Made by a program: the position numbers and the translations under genes. A stretch of 61,605 bases of DNA, the filler included. It is 10 parts of 10 records of this genome, joined end to end, with 100 filler letters (N's around TTAATTAATTAA, not from the genome) between each part and the next. Parts side by side here need not be neighbours in the genome. Positions count along the whole stretch, not along the records: positions 5,905 to 15,491 come from SRR31156797_55134; positions 15,592 to 22,449 come from SRR31156797_55139; 8 more parts are not named here. The stretch is one strand, 5' to 3'. This document shows, in pieces, positions 10,301-20,060 of the stretch (positions within the stretch are counted from its first letter, which is position 1; the number at the start of each line of letters is the position of its first letter). Below the pieces are notes generated by a model, which worked only from the letters and a program-made list of their open reading frames with translations, did no database searches and had not been told where the DNA came from.

Positions 10301-12013
10301 TTAGTCAGCAATAACTACGTTTTTGTATACGTGTGGTAGACCAACTGAGTGTGCCTCAATACCCGATACATCAGGATTGTGCAGGAATGAATAACCACTT
10401 TGGTAAATTGGGAATATGCCTGGGTTAGAATCGTCAAGCAGTACAGCTTCCATTTCCAGCATTGCATCCCAACGCTCTTGAGTCTTATCAGAAGAAGCTA
10501 ATTCTCCGCCTGCAATGATTTTCTTGTAAATATCATCATATTCCTGACCTACTGTGAAGTAAGCAGTGTTAGACATATCATTTTCGCCTTCTGTTAATGG
10601 AGCAGCGTATAGGTCTAAGTATGTTTGTGGGTCAGCATAGTCTGGTCCCCAGCGTGTCAGCGCTATATCGTAGTCATAATCTCTCATTAATTGCAGTCTG
10701 TTTTTCTTTGGTTGAGTCTTTAGAGTAACAGTCAAGCCTGGTAGATTTGTCTGCCATTCAGACTGGATGAACTCAGCCATAACTTTTACAGATTCAGCAT
10801 CATCAAATAATAGTTCAATTTCAACAGTATCTGTGCCCAGTTCTGCTAAACCAGCTTCCCAGGCTGCTAGTGCTGTTTCTACATCATATGTTAGGAATTC
10901 GCCGCCTTCAGCTCTGAAATCAGCACCTGATGGTGAAGCTGCAAGACCTGATGGAATAATGTAGTTAGCTACAACAGAACCGTCATTGAATAATTCGTTA
11001 ACGATGTAATCTTTGTCATATGATTTAGCTAGAGCTAGACGAATATTTGCATTGTTGATAGCTGCGTTTGCATCAGATTTTGTGACATAGTTTGGAGCAA
11101 CATACCATACGTAACCACCTGGTTCGTTTGTGAATGCTTCGTCGTCCTTGTACTTATCAACTAGTTCTGCTGATAGTTTTACAACATCAACGTTACCAGC
11201 TTCGAATTCTAGAGATGCAGATTGAACATCTTTGAATGTTAACCACTCAATACCATCGATTGCAACTTCGTCAGCTTTATAGTAATTTTCGTTCTTAGCT
11301 ACTGTTAAGCCATAGCCTTCTGTCCATTCTGTTACTGTGAATGCACCATTAGCTAATACAGCATCAGCTGTTAGACCATAATTCTCAGCACCAACTTCAT
11401 TGTAGAATTCTTCGTTGATTGGGAAGAACGGGTTGAATGTCATTAACTGTAGGAAGAAAGGACATCCGCTATTTAATGTAACTTCTAGAGTTTTGTCATC
11501 AATTGCTTTTACACCCAAATCTTCTAAAGCAGCTTCGCCATTCATAATAGCTGTTGCATTAACAATATCTGAGATTGAGTAAATATAGCCATATTCTGTT
11601 GCCATTGCTGGATCACAGAATCTTCTCCATGCAAATACAAAGTCATTAGCTGTAACAGGTGTACCATTTTCCCACTCAGCATCTCTTATGTAGAATGTGT
11701 ATACCAATCCATCTTCTGATACATCCCATGACTCAGCCATAGCTGGTACTAATTTACCTTCAGAATCATATTCTGCTAAGCCTTCACAGAAAGCACCAAT
11801 AACTTCGAATGATAATCCGTCTGTTGCCAATGCCTGGTCGATTGCAGGTACGTCAACGTCTGATGCAATTCTTAATACCTTTGCTTCCGCTTCAATACTT
11901 TCGATTGCTTCTGCGGCCTCAGTTGCTTCAGTACTTTCTGACTCAGAGCAGCCAGCAAATAGTGAAACTAGCAGCACTACTGCTAATGAAAATAATAATA
12001 ATCTCTTTTTCAT
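10301..12013 (-). CDS. oppA: Oligopeptide-binding lipoprotein OppA
   Basis: Lipobox FAGC, family-5 signature (AESWDVSEDGLVYTFYIRDAEWENG), RWGPDYADP. Confidence 0.93.
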   Translation of the reverse strand: MKKRLLLFSLAVVLLVSLFAGCSESESTEATEAAEAIESIEAEAKVLRIASDVDVPAIDQALATDGLSFEVIGAFCEGLAEYDSEGKLVPAMAESWDVSEDGLVYTFYIRDAEWENGTPVTANDFVFAWRRFCDPAMATEYGYIYSISDIVNATAIMNGEAALEDLGVKAIDDKTLEVTLNSGCPFFLQLMTFNPFFPINEEFYNEVGAENYGLTADAVLANGAFTVTEWTEGYGLTVAKNENYYKADEVAIDGIEWLTFKDVQSASLEFEAGNVDVVKLSAELVDKYKDDEAFTNEPGGYVWYVAPNYVTKSDANAAINNANIRLALAKSYDKDYIVNELFNDGSVVANYIIPSGLAASPSGADFRAEGGEFLTYDVETALAAWEAGLAELGTDTVEIELLFDDAESVKVMAEFIQSEWQTNLPGLTVTLKTQPKKNRLQLMRDYDYDIALTRWGPDYADPQTYLDLYAAPLTEGENDMSNTAYFTVGQEYDDIYKKIIAGGELASSDKTQERWDAMLEMEAVLLDDSNPGIFPIYQSGYSFLHNPDVSGIEAHSVGLPHVYKNVVIAD

Positions 12014-12221
12014 TTTCTCTCCTAAATATATTTTTTATATATACATTCTAGACATTCTTTCTTGTTTTGAATATAAAAAAAGACGTCTAGAAATATATTA
12101 CACATGGATTATTACAATGCTCTATTAATGTTTGCATTAATAATAAACAACTTCTTTTTCGCCTTTGAAATGAGTTCTTCAATTTTACAAAAAATACATA
12201 GTATGTTACTACGTTTTTTCC

Positions 12222-12249
12222 ATTTTATCACATATAAACCAAAAGTCAA
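12222..12249 (-). promoter_or_regulatory. SigmaA promoter of the opp operon
   Basis: Minus strand TTGACT-16 nt-TAAAAT with extended TGn. Confidence 0.55.
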
Positions 12250-12363
12250 GAACATGATTTATTAATTGCTTCATTCTAGGATTTGCAATAAAATAAAAAT
12301 CTTCTTTCAAAAAAACAGTTGAACCTTAAATAAATACGATAAAATCGCGGATATTAATAGCCT

Positions 12364-12960
12364 TTATTGAAATCTCCCTCAAATAATATTTCACCATCCA
12401 CAACTGTCATCAAGACTTCAGTGCTATGGATTTCCTCTATTCTTACGGTGAAAACATCTCTATTAAACACTATAAAATCAGCTGAAAATCCATCATTTAT
12501 TTTACCGGATTATCATTTTTCATATAATAAGCAAGCTATTGCGCATTTACTCAAGGACTATAAATGCTTTCCATATGTTTGTTATAAAGTTATAAGATTA
12601 CTGCACGATATCTAATAACGAATATAACTCCCCCTTACCGCAGTTTATAGAGCTATGATATTTCAATATTCAGTTTTGCTTTAATTAGCCTACGTCTAAT
12701 ATGCAATCATCAAACCATTGATTTAAGTATAAGCCTTCTTAGCCTTAACAGTCCCAATTCCTTCTGAATCGGAATATAATTCTATAGACGTCGTACCTTT
12801 AATAATTGAAACAGGTTTGAGGTTATAAGCATAAGATGTGAATAAAATATCTTACCACGCTTATTTGTGTTTAAGTAATCATCACAATGTGGATTTTATG
12901 TATTGTAAATTTTCGTACCATCTATGGCTACAACTGTATATCCATCCACTATTCCGTCAG
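12364..12960 (-). pseudogene. Decayed amidohydrolase-3 (YtcJ-like) gene, C-terminal remnant
   Basis: Minus strand reads GKINDGFSADFIVFNRDVFTVRIEEIHSTEVLMTVVDGEILF, a typical amidohydrolase-3 C-terminus; upstream frame has stops and frameshifts; 5' limit approximate. Confidence 0.6.
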
Positions 12961-13296
12961 CTAAACTATGTCCATAACCGCTTTCTTAATAATACTTTTA
13001 TTAATACACCGAAGCATATCAATGCTAACTGACTTCAACGGATTTCTAATTGTATCAATCTTATGAATACCAGAATCGCTAGAAAGAACATTGCTGAATT
13101 CTCCTGTTTTAATCATTAATGATAGTTGATTAAAACTTTGTATTCTTAATAGGAATCCTGCTAAGTCTAGTGAAATAATTTGTGGCGTTCTGTATATTGG
13201 ATTTATTCTATTATCTTTAACGTATTTTATTTGATTATCAATGTGATAATCCTTTTTTATGTATTTTAACAACTTAACAAAGTAATTATCTCTCAA
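12961..13296 (-). mobile_element. Truncated transposase fragment, same family as 5905-6124
   Basis: LRDNYFVKLLKYIKKDYHID...RINPIYRTPQIISL.LAGFLLRIQSFNQL; ends prematurely. Confidence 0.55.
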
Positions 13297-13366
13297 GTTT
13301 ATTTGTCAATTATATCAATTCAGAAATTCTCGTGCAAAGCTATGGAAACTTGAGAATTTTTCACAA

Positions 13367-13964
13367 AAACCTGCTAAGAAAAGTCAAGTTAAATTTCATA
13401 GCAGGTTATTTTATTGTTTTTGTTTTTTTCACATCATTAATAGGCTAGCAAAGCTAACCTGTTCAATTTAATTGGTTTTATTATAAGAAGTTCTTAAGTA
13501 CATACCTCTTTGCAACGAGCATAATAAATTCTTAAAAATTTATTCAATGCAGCGATTTTAGCAACTTTCTTAGGCTTACCTTCAGCTCCCTTTTTAATCA
13601 TATAGTCTTGTACAGCAGTATCTTTTAGGTTGCTAGCAGACTTAACGCATTTCATTACTTCATATCCAATTTTTCTAAGGTTCGAAGATCCACGTTTAGA
13701 TATCCTACATTCTTTTGCAGTGAATTTACCAGATTGGAATGGAGGAGCATCTATACCAGCATAGGCAATTAGAGCTTTCCCGCTATGAAACCTGTTAATA
13801 TCACCAATCTCTGCTATAAGCTTAGGAGCTAATACATCACCAACACCACCCATTGCTCTCACTACTTGATATTCTGGTAGTGTCTTTGCTAAGCTGGTTT
13901 CTTCGAGTAAATGTGATATTGCTGCCTTTTCTGCCAATAGTGCCACCAGCGTCTTGATTGCCAA
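13367..13964 (-). mobile_element. IS110-family remnant: C-terminal transposase domain (13494-13964) plus right non-coding end
   Basis: GVGDVLAPKLIAEIGDINRF...AYAGIDAPPFQSG...ISKRGSSNLR...KFLRIYY (Transposase_20-like); RuvC/DEDD N-terminus absent. Confidence 0.85.
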
Positions 13965-14114
13965 GTCAGTTGTTAGATGAATGTTAGATTGCTATGGATT
14001 AGAATGTTAGATGAGTGTATAACAAAATTATTCATGAACTCACAAAAAACTTAGTTGATTTCTATCATCAGTAAGTATATAATAATATTTAATATTATAT
14101 TGGACGGCATAAGT

Positions 14115-15338
14115 ATGACTTATATAAAAAGAAATATCGAAGACACAGTGTTATCAGCGGAAAAAATGTTCTCTGCAATTCTAATCACTGGTGCTCGCCA
14201 GGTTGGTAAAACCACTTTATTAAAACACATTAAGAAGGATATTAATTATTTGACATTGGATGACCCACTGCTATTACAAAGTGCATTGGAAGATCCGGGG
14301 AGTTTCTTTGAAATTAATCAACCTCCTATAATTGTTGATGAAGTACAATATGCTCCTCAGTTATTTAGCTATATTAAAATGATAGCTGATTCAAGTCATG
14401 CTAAAGGTCAGTTTTATTTAACTGGCTCACAGCAATTTCATATGATGAAAAATGTAAGTGAATCATTAGCTGGAAGAATCGGAATAATTAACTTAACAAG
14501 CTTATCAGTAAGAGAAATTCAAAGCATTTCTTTTAACAATAAATTTATACCCAATGATGAATATTATAACAAACGAAAAAAACATGCTAAACCTTTATCA
14601 TACAATGAAATTTGGAGTATTATTCATAACGGAACTATGCCTGCAATGTATACAGAATTTTCAAACTGGCAATTATTCTATGCATCATATACAAAAACTT
14701 ATATTGAACGGGATGTAAGGTCATTAACTCAAGTAGGCGATGAGCAAAGTTTTGTTAAATTCATGATTACACTTGCTGCAAGAACTTCACAAATGTTAAA
14801 TCTAACCGCTGTTGCCAATGAAGTAGACATAAGTATACCTACCGCAAAAAGGTGGTTATCAATACTGGTGTCCTCAAATATAGTATATTTATTGCAACCA
14901 TATCATAACAATATTTCTAAAAGAACTGTAAAAACACCAAAACTCTACTTTTTAGATACAGGTCTAGCAGCATATCTAACCAAGTGGAATACCCCAGAGA
15001 CTATGGAAGCCGGTGCAATGGCAGGAGCATTTTTCGAGACATTTGTTATTGGGGAAATATTGAAAAGTTATTATAATGCCGGAATATTGCAACCAAATTT
15101 ATATTATTATAGGGATAAGGACAAAAAAGAAATAGATTTACTAATAGAGCAAAATGCAACACTTTTTCCTATTGAAATCAAAAAAACTTCTGTACCAAAA
15201 AAAGATCACATAAAACATTTTTCAGTACTTAATAACATTAAAAATATTAGCGTTGGAACTGGAGGAGTCATTTGTATGTATGACAATATTTTAAATATCG
15301 ATAAGAAAAATATGATTATTCCTGTCAATTATTTATAA
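14115..15338 (+). CDS. AAA+ ATPase with DUF4143 (COG1373)
   Basis: ITGARQVGKTT, DEVQYAP, LTGSQ, SESLAGR, KTPKLYFLDTGLA, YYYRD..KKEIDL...PIEIK; ATG 14115 preferred. Confidence 0.9.
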   Translation: MTYIKRNIEDTVLSAEKMFSAILITGARQVGKTTLLKHIKKDINYLTLDDPLLLQSALEDPGSFFEINQPPIIVDEVQYAPQLFSYIKMIADSSHAKGQFYLTGSQQFHMMKNVSESLAGRIGIINLTSLSVREIQSISFNNKFIPNDEYYNKRKKHAKPLSYNEIWSIIHNGTMPAMYTEFSNWQLFYASYTKTYIERDVRSLTQVGDEQSFVKFMITLAARTSQMLNLTAVANEVDISIPTAKRWLSILVSSNIVYLLQPYHNNISKRTVKTPKLYFLDTGLAAYLTKWNTPETMEAGAMAGAFFETFVIGEILKSYYNAGILQPNLYYYRDKDKKEIDLLIEQNATLFPIEIKKTSVPKKDHIKHFSVLNNIKNISVGTGGVICMYDNILNIDKKNMIIPVNYL

Positions 15339-15341
15339 TGA

Positions 15342-15369
15342 TGCACTGACCCCCAAAAGTTGAACAAAA
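15342..15369 (+). mobile_element. IS3-family (IS150-like) terminal inverted repeat remnant
   Basis: TGCACTGACCCCCAAAAGTTGAACA resembles IS150/IS861-group ends. Confidence 0.5.
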
Positions 15370-15403
15370 TACTACTTTAATGGAGGTATTGGGGACCTTA
15401 ATA

Positions 15404-15491
15404 ATGAAAAACATGTTCAAGTGGAAACAATATCAAACTGATATAATAATTCTTTGTGTTCGTTGGTATCTCAAATACCCACTTTCATATC
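15404..15491 (+). mobile_element. IS6-family transposase N-terminus, truncated by contig end
   Basis: MKNMFKWKQYQTDIIILCVRWYLKYPLSY matches the IS6 FKW..Y....I...VRWYL.Y.LS signature; not in the ORF track. Confidence 0.85.
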
Positions 15492-15591
15492 NNNNNNNNN
15501 NNNNNNNNNNNNNNNNNNNNNNNNNNNNNNNNNNNTTAATTAATTAANNNNNNNNNNNNNNNNNNNNNNNNNNNNNNNNNNNNNNNNNNNN
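15492..15591. other. Artificial contig spacer
   Basis: N-run + TTAATTAATTAA + N-run. Confidence 0.98.
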
Positions 15592-15658
15592 GAGGGGTTG
15601 GGGAGAGTTCTGAGTTCTTAACTTTACAACGATGCCACGAGGGATACCCCTACACGAT
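15592..15658 (+). mobile_element. Probable 3' end (domain VI) of a group II intron
   Basis: GAGGGG...CCCCT-A-CAC-GAT: basal stem with bulged A and terminal AY; domain V lies beyond the contig break. Confidence 0.55.
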
Positions 15659-15818
15659 ATTATGCGATAAGTTTTGCAGCTCATGATAGGTTACTATCAA
15701 AAAGAAACTAAAATTTATATAATTGATTTATTTTCAAAGTAAATGTTAATATAGATAAATGGATAGAACTAATACTAAAAATAAGTCCGATAATAAAATT
15801 AATATGAAAGGGATTCGA

Positions 15819-16448
15819 ATGAAAAAAACAATAACAATATTACTAATTTTAAGTCTTAAAATGCTAGCAATAGCAAGTGAAGTTCAAATCAATATTTTTA
15901 CCGGTAAGTATTACAAAAAAACTGCTTATGTACCTCAAATGGCTATTTGGGTAGAGAAATCAAATGGAGAATTTATAGAAACACTTTATGTAACTGAATC
16001 AGAAGGGAAAGGAAAATATTTTGGTGTTAGAAAAAGAAAAGAAGCTCTACCTGTATGGAGAAATAAAAAGGGAAATAAAATATCTAAATCAAATCTGGAC
16101 GGCATTGCCGGAGCATCATACCAAAATAATTTTGAGATCATTAAACAAATAGATAGCTATCCTCAGAACTTTAAATTATATCTGGAAGTTAATAAATCTT
16201 TTGATTATAATTCATATTTTGCCAGAGGTCTAAGCTCAAAGGAAAAAGGGTATAATACAGGATATTCAGGTCAACCCTCTATAGTATATGAAGTGTTACT
16301 TGATAAAAATAATGCAAAAAGTTTAAAAAGAATGAAAGCTATTGGGCATGGAAGTCCAACGGGTAAAAATGGGGAAATTAATTCTGATTTGTCTAAATTA
16401 ACTACAGCTTTATATATTCTGGATGAGATTAAAGTTAGAATTAAATAA
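15819..16448 (+). CDS. Secreted DUF2271-like protein
   Basis: Signal peptide MKKTITILLILSL; PQMAIWVE..NGEFIETLYVT, EALPVW, DGIAGAS, SGQPSIVY. Confidence 0.75.
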   Translation: MKKTITILLILSLKMLAIASEVQINIFTGKYYKKTAYVPQMAIWVEKSNGEFIETLYVTESEGKGKYFGVRKRKEALPVWRNKKGNKISKSNLDGIAGASYQNNFEIIKQIDSYPQNFKLYLEVNKSFDYNSYFARGLSSKEKGYNTGYSGQPSIVYEVLLDKNNAKSLKRMKAIGHGSPTGKNGEINSDLSKLTTALYILDEIKVRIK

Positions 16449-16758
16449 AAAATTACTAAAGAGCTAGTTTGTGGAAGTTTTGAACACAAAATTAAAGTAA
16501 AAAAACGAGTTTATTAATCAAATCAATAAAAAGAATCAAAATTTAGATTCATTATTTTTAAGTAAATTTAATCTTTACACTGTTATCTATGAAAAGGGTA
16601 GTGTTACTTAGCGAAAGAACATGCTGTAAAAAAAAGTAATTTTTTGGTTACAAAAGAGATGGTCATCAAAAAATTACTAAATTATAGTATAATGGCTTTA
16701 GTTTAAGTAGTTAATTCTAGTATAAGTAAATACCATGATATTTAATATTACATAGTAG

Positions 16759-17868
16759 GTGGGGAAAATGATTAAATTATCTATTGATAAGATTGAAGAA
16801 GGTATGAAATTAGGGGAAGATATTACTACAAGTACAGGTAAAATTCTTTTGACAGAAGGAACAATATTAACGAAAAAATTGATAGAGAAAATTAGAAAAC
16901 TATCAATAACTGTAATTCTAATTGAACGCAAAAGTAAAAAAAATATCTTAAATGATATAATAAAAAATAGAGTCAATAATTTGGAGAACTCTGTTAATCA
17001 TATTAGAAGAATTCATATTAAAGAAGAAATTGAAGAGAAGTTTAAGGAGATTGCGGAAATTGCAAAAAATGGAATTCTTAATTTACATATTCCTTGTGAT
17101 GAAATAATCGAGAATTGTGATTGTGTAGAGAAAATGATAAGAAAACATTTCTCAGCAAACACACTTGAAGTATTTGAATGTATACTAAGTACACGTGAAA
17201 AAGATGAATATTTATTCAGGCACTCTATTAATGTATCAACTATTTCTTATTTAATTGGAAAATGGCTGGGGTATGGAGATAAAAAACTAAGTAAACTTCT
17301 AAAGGCTGCATTACTTCATGATATTGGAAAATTAAGAATTCCTAGAGATATTCTTAATAAACCCGGAAAACTTACTGAAGCAGAGTTTGGCATGATAAAA
17401 AATCATTCAATCTATACACAAGAAACCTTGACTAAAATTAAAGGAATCGATAAGAAAATAGTTTCCGGTGCGACACTTCATCATGAAAAAATAGACGGTT
17501 CAGGTTATCCATTTGGACTACAAGGTGAAAAAATTCCTGAGTTCGCCAGAATAATAGCCATAGCGGATATTTTTGACGCTATGACAAGTGATAGAGTGTA
17601 TCATAAGAAAAGATCTCCATTTAAAGTTATTAAAATGTTTGAAGAGAGTTTCTGGGGTACTTTGGATTACAAGATAACCAGACTATTTACGAGAAAATTT
17701 CTTGAATATTATATAGGAGTTGATATAGTCTTAAATAATGGTACAATTGCTAAAATAGTTAGAATAAATCCTCTGGAAACAGCTAAACCACTTATACAGA
17801 CAAGTAAAGGTGAATTTATTGATCTAAGTCTAAATAGAAATTTAGCTATTGAAACAGTTGTATCTTAA
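16759..17868 (+). CDS. HD-GYP cyclic-dinucleotide phosphodiesterase 1
   Basis: HSINV, LLHDIGK, HHEKIDGSGYP, IADIFDAMTSDRVY. Confidence 0.92.
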   Translation: MGKMIKLSIDKIEEGMKLGEDITTSTGKILLTEGTILTKKLIEKIRKLSITVILIERKSKKNILNDIIKNRVNNLENSVNHIRRIHIKEEIEEKFKEIAEIAKNGILNLHIPCDEIIENCDCVEKMIRKHFSANTLEVFECILSTREKDEYLFRHSINVSTISYLIGKWLGYGDKKLSKLLKAALLHDIGKLRIPRDILNKPGKLTEAEFGMIKNHSIYTQETLTKIKGIDKKIVSGATLHHEKIDGSGYPFGLQGEKIPEFARIIAIADIFDAMTSDRVYHKKRSPFKVIKMFEESFWGTLDYKITRLFTRKFLEYYIGVDIVLNNGTIAKIVRINPLETAKPLIQTSKGEFIDLSLNRNLAIETVVS

Positions 17869-18035
17869 GTAAAATTTACCTCTTTTAAGCTTTTTTTTGA
17901 TTATTTTTATAGTTTTTTAAAATAATTTCAAACAATTAGCTAAAAAATTACTTATTTATATTATAATTTATTAATATAGAGGGTGTAATGTCAAGTAAGT
18001 TTTATTTTTTTTAAGAGCTGAAGAGAGGGATTATT

Positions 18036-18659
18036 ATGTATAATGTATTTTTTTACCGATCAGGAGCAGATGAACTTCCTGTAATGGATCATATTTCATC
18101 AACTACGTGTAAAGAGCAGGCAATATTATTGAGGGAAATAAGCCTCATTGGAATTATTGAAGATAGATTTAGAGGCACGTATTTTCGTTATGTTTCAGAT
18201 GATATCTTTGAATTAAATGTAAAAGTTGGCAGTAATTTGAGTAAGGTTTTTTATTTTATTACTGATACAGACAGAGTAATTATTCTAAACTCATTTACAA
18301 AAAAGACAAAAATAAATCCAGCTAAACTATTAGAAGAAGCTGTCGATAAAAAAGACGATTATTTTAATAATAAAGCTAAACGATCACTAAGCTTAAAAAA
18401 GATTCTTAATAATGATTTGTTACTTAAAAAAGAGTATAAGAAACTTTCAGATGAATATGCTGCAATAAAAAATCTTGCTGAGTCAGAGCAGTTAAATCAA
18501 TTAGACTTACTTGATATGATTCAAAGAGGGGTAATATATATAACAAAAGATGAAAAAGGTTATTATACTCCCAGCTTAAAGCAAGTAAAAGAAACTATAC
18601 AAAAATTTGGCAATACAATCCAATTTAGATTTTTAGAAGACAGTTTTATTAAAATATAG
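18036..18659 (+). CDS. Fused Gp49/HigB-type (RelE-fold) toxin domain + XRE-HTH antitoxin domain, degenerate
   Basis: aa 1-110 follow the Gp49/RelE pattern (FELNVKVGSNLSKVFYF..RVIILNSFTKKTKINP); aa 115-205 follow the HigA/XRE pattern (KKEYKKL..EY, LNQLDL, EKGYYTPSLK, FGNTIQFRF). Confidence 0.7.
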   Translation: MYNVFFYRSGADELPVMDHISSTTCKEQAILLREISLIGIIEDRFRGTYFRYVSDDIFELNVKVGSNLSKVFYFITDTDRVIILNSFTKKTKINPAKLLEEAVDKKDDYFNNKAKRSLSLKKILNNDLLLKKEYKKLSDEYAAIKNLAESEQLNQLDLLDMIQRGVIYITKDEKGYYTPSLKQVKETIQKFGNTIQFRFLEDSFIKI

Positions 18660-18660
18660 T

Positions 18661-18704
18661 AATAAAGAGAAGAAGTGAAGAGAGATTCACTTCTTCTCTT
18701 TATT
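18661..18704 (+). terminator. Intrinsic terminator
   Basis: Perfect 19-bp stem AATAAAGAGAAGAAGTGAA / TTCACTTCTTCTCTTTATT immediately after the stop. Confidence 0.85.
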
Positions 18705-18993
18705 TTATCTATTAGGAAAATATAAAATTGTCAGATTTCAAAGCTCTTTTTTAGTGTAAAATAAAATATTATAATAAAAAGATTTTGCCACTCATTAATG
18801 GTGCTGTATTGCAATCAAAATAGTGTAGCTATTCTATGATATTACTAAAATGAAGAAGCTAATTAATGCTAAACATAATATGATTAGTTTGGAATATTAT
18901 ACAAAAAATTACTAATAAATAGTATCATATGTTAATAAATGTGAAAAGGTGTCAATTGTTGTCTTATGAGATAATTTCAAAGGAGATGCAAAA

Positions 18994-20022
18994 ATGGGAA
19001 CAGCAATTAAGGAAATGATAGAAGGAGTTTTAAGTTTAGAAAAAGAAACGTTTCTTTTAATTTTAATTAATCAAATTAAGTCTTCGTTAACTATAAATAA
19101 TATTAAAAGAAAATCAATTAATATTTTAAGTTTAATTGGTTTGTTTACAAGTCGAAAAACTAAAGAGCTTATAGCTAAAAGATATCAAAAAATATCCCTA
19201 ACAGCAAATGAGGGAATAAAAAATCTAAGTATTTCTTATAGCAAAATTGAAGAAAATCTTGATTTAATGGAAAAAATCCTTAAGAGAAACTATTCTAAAA
19301 ATACTATTGCAGTACTTGATTATTTATTATATGCAAAAGGACATGATGAGTATCTTTTTAAACATTCCGTAAATGTAGCATTGTTATCATTTTTTATAGG
19401 AAAATGGCTCGGGTATACTGATAAACAACTATATAAACTAATTAAAGCCGCTTTATTACATGATCTCGGTAAATTAAAAATTCCAAAAGAAATATTACAA
19501 AAACCAGGTAAACTTTCTGTAGAGGAGTTCGAAATTATAAAAAAGCATCCTATCTATACTTATGAAATAATAAATGAAATTAAAGGTTTAGATAATGATA
19601 TATTACGTGCAGCTGTAATGCATCATGAAAAAATAGATGGGACAGGTTATCCCTATAGTTTGATCGGTAAAGAGATAACAGAGTATGCTAAGATTATCTC
19701 CATAGCAGATATATTTGATGCAATGACTTCTGAAAGAGTATATCATAAAAAAAAATCACCTATTAAAGTGCTCGAAATGTTCGAGAAAAATTTCTGGGGA
19801 ACTATTGATCATCAAATTACTCAAATTTTTGCTCGAAATATGATGGAGTTTTATCTTGGTAAAACTGTAATATTGAATAATGGTATTATAGCTAAGATTA
19901 TTGCGCTTAACTCTGAGGAGGCAGCAAGACCGATAGTAGAGACAAGAGAAGGTATTTTTATTGATTTAAGCATAGATAAATCAATAGAGATTAAAACAAT
20001 TATTTATGAAAAAATTAGATAA
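18994..20022 (+). CDS. HD-GYP phosphodiesterase 2 (paralog)
   Basis: HSVNV, LLHDLGK, HHEKIDGTGYP, IADIFDAMTSERVY. Confidence 0.92.
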   Translation: MGTAIKEMIEGVLSLEKETFLLILINQIKSSLTINNIKRKSINILSLIGLFTSRKTKELIAKRYQKISLTANEGIKNLSISYSKIEENLDLMEKILKRNYSKNTIAVLDYLLYAKGHDEYLFKHSVNVALLSFFIGKWLGYTDKQLYKLIKAALLHDLGKLKIPKEILQKPGKLSVEEFEIIKKHPIYTYEIINEIKGLDNDILRAAVMHHEKIDGTGYPYSLIGKEITEYAKIISIADIFDAMTSERVYHKKKSPIKVLEMFEKNFWGTIDHQITQIFARNMMEFYLGKTVILNNGIIAKIIALNSEEAARPIVETREGIFIDLSIDKSIEIKTIIYEKIR

Positions 20023-20057
20023 AAATCGAGATGACCTGAGTCAGTCATCTCGATTTT
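20021..20057. terminator. Bidirectional terminator
   Basis: AAAATCGAGATGAC / GTCATCTCGATTTT stem between convergent genes. Confidence 0.8.
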
Positions 20058-20060
20058 AAT

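Noticed and set aside
12014-12220. T-box or riboswitch in the oppA leader
   Set aside because: Only an imperfect TCTAGAC inverted repeat; no T-box consensus.
12367-12615. 82-aa plus-strand ORF
   Set aside because: Antisense of the amidohydrolase remnant.
16449-16758. Possible c-di-GMP riboswitch upstream of HD-GYP
   Set aside because: No GGCAAAC..GAAA..GACGCAAA-type core is visible.
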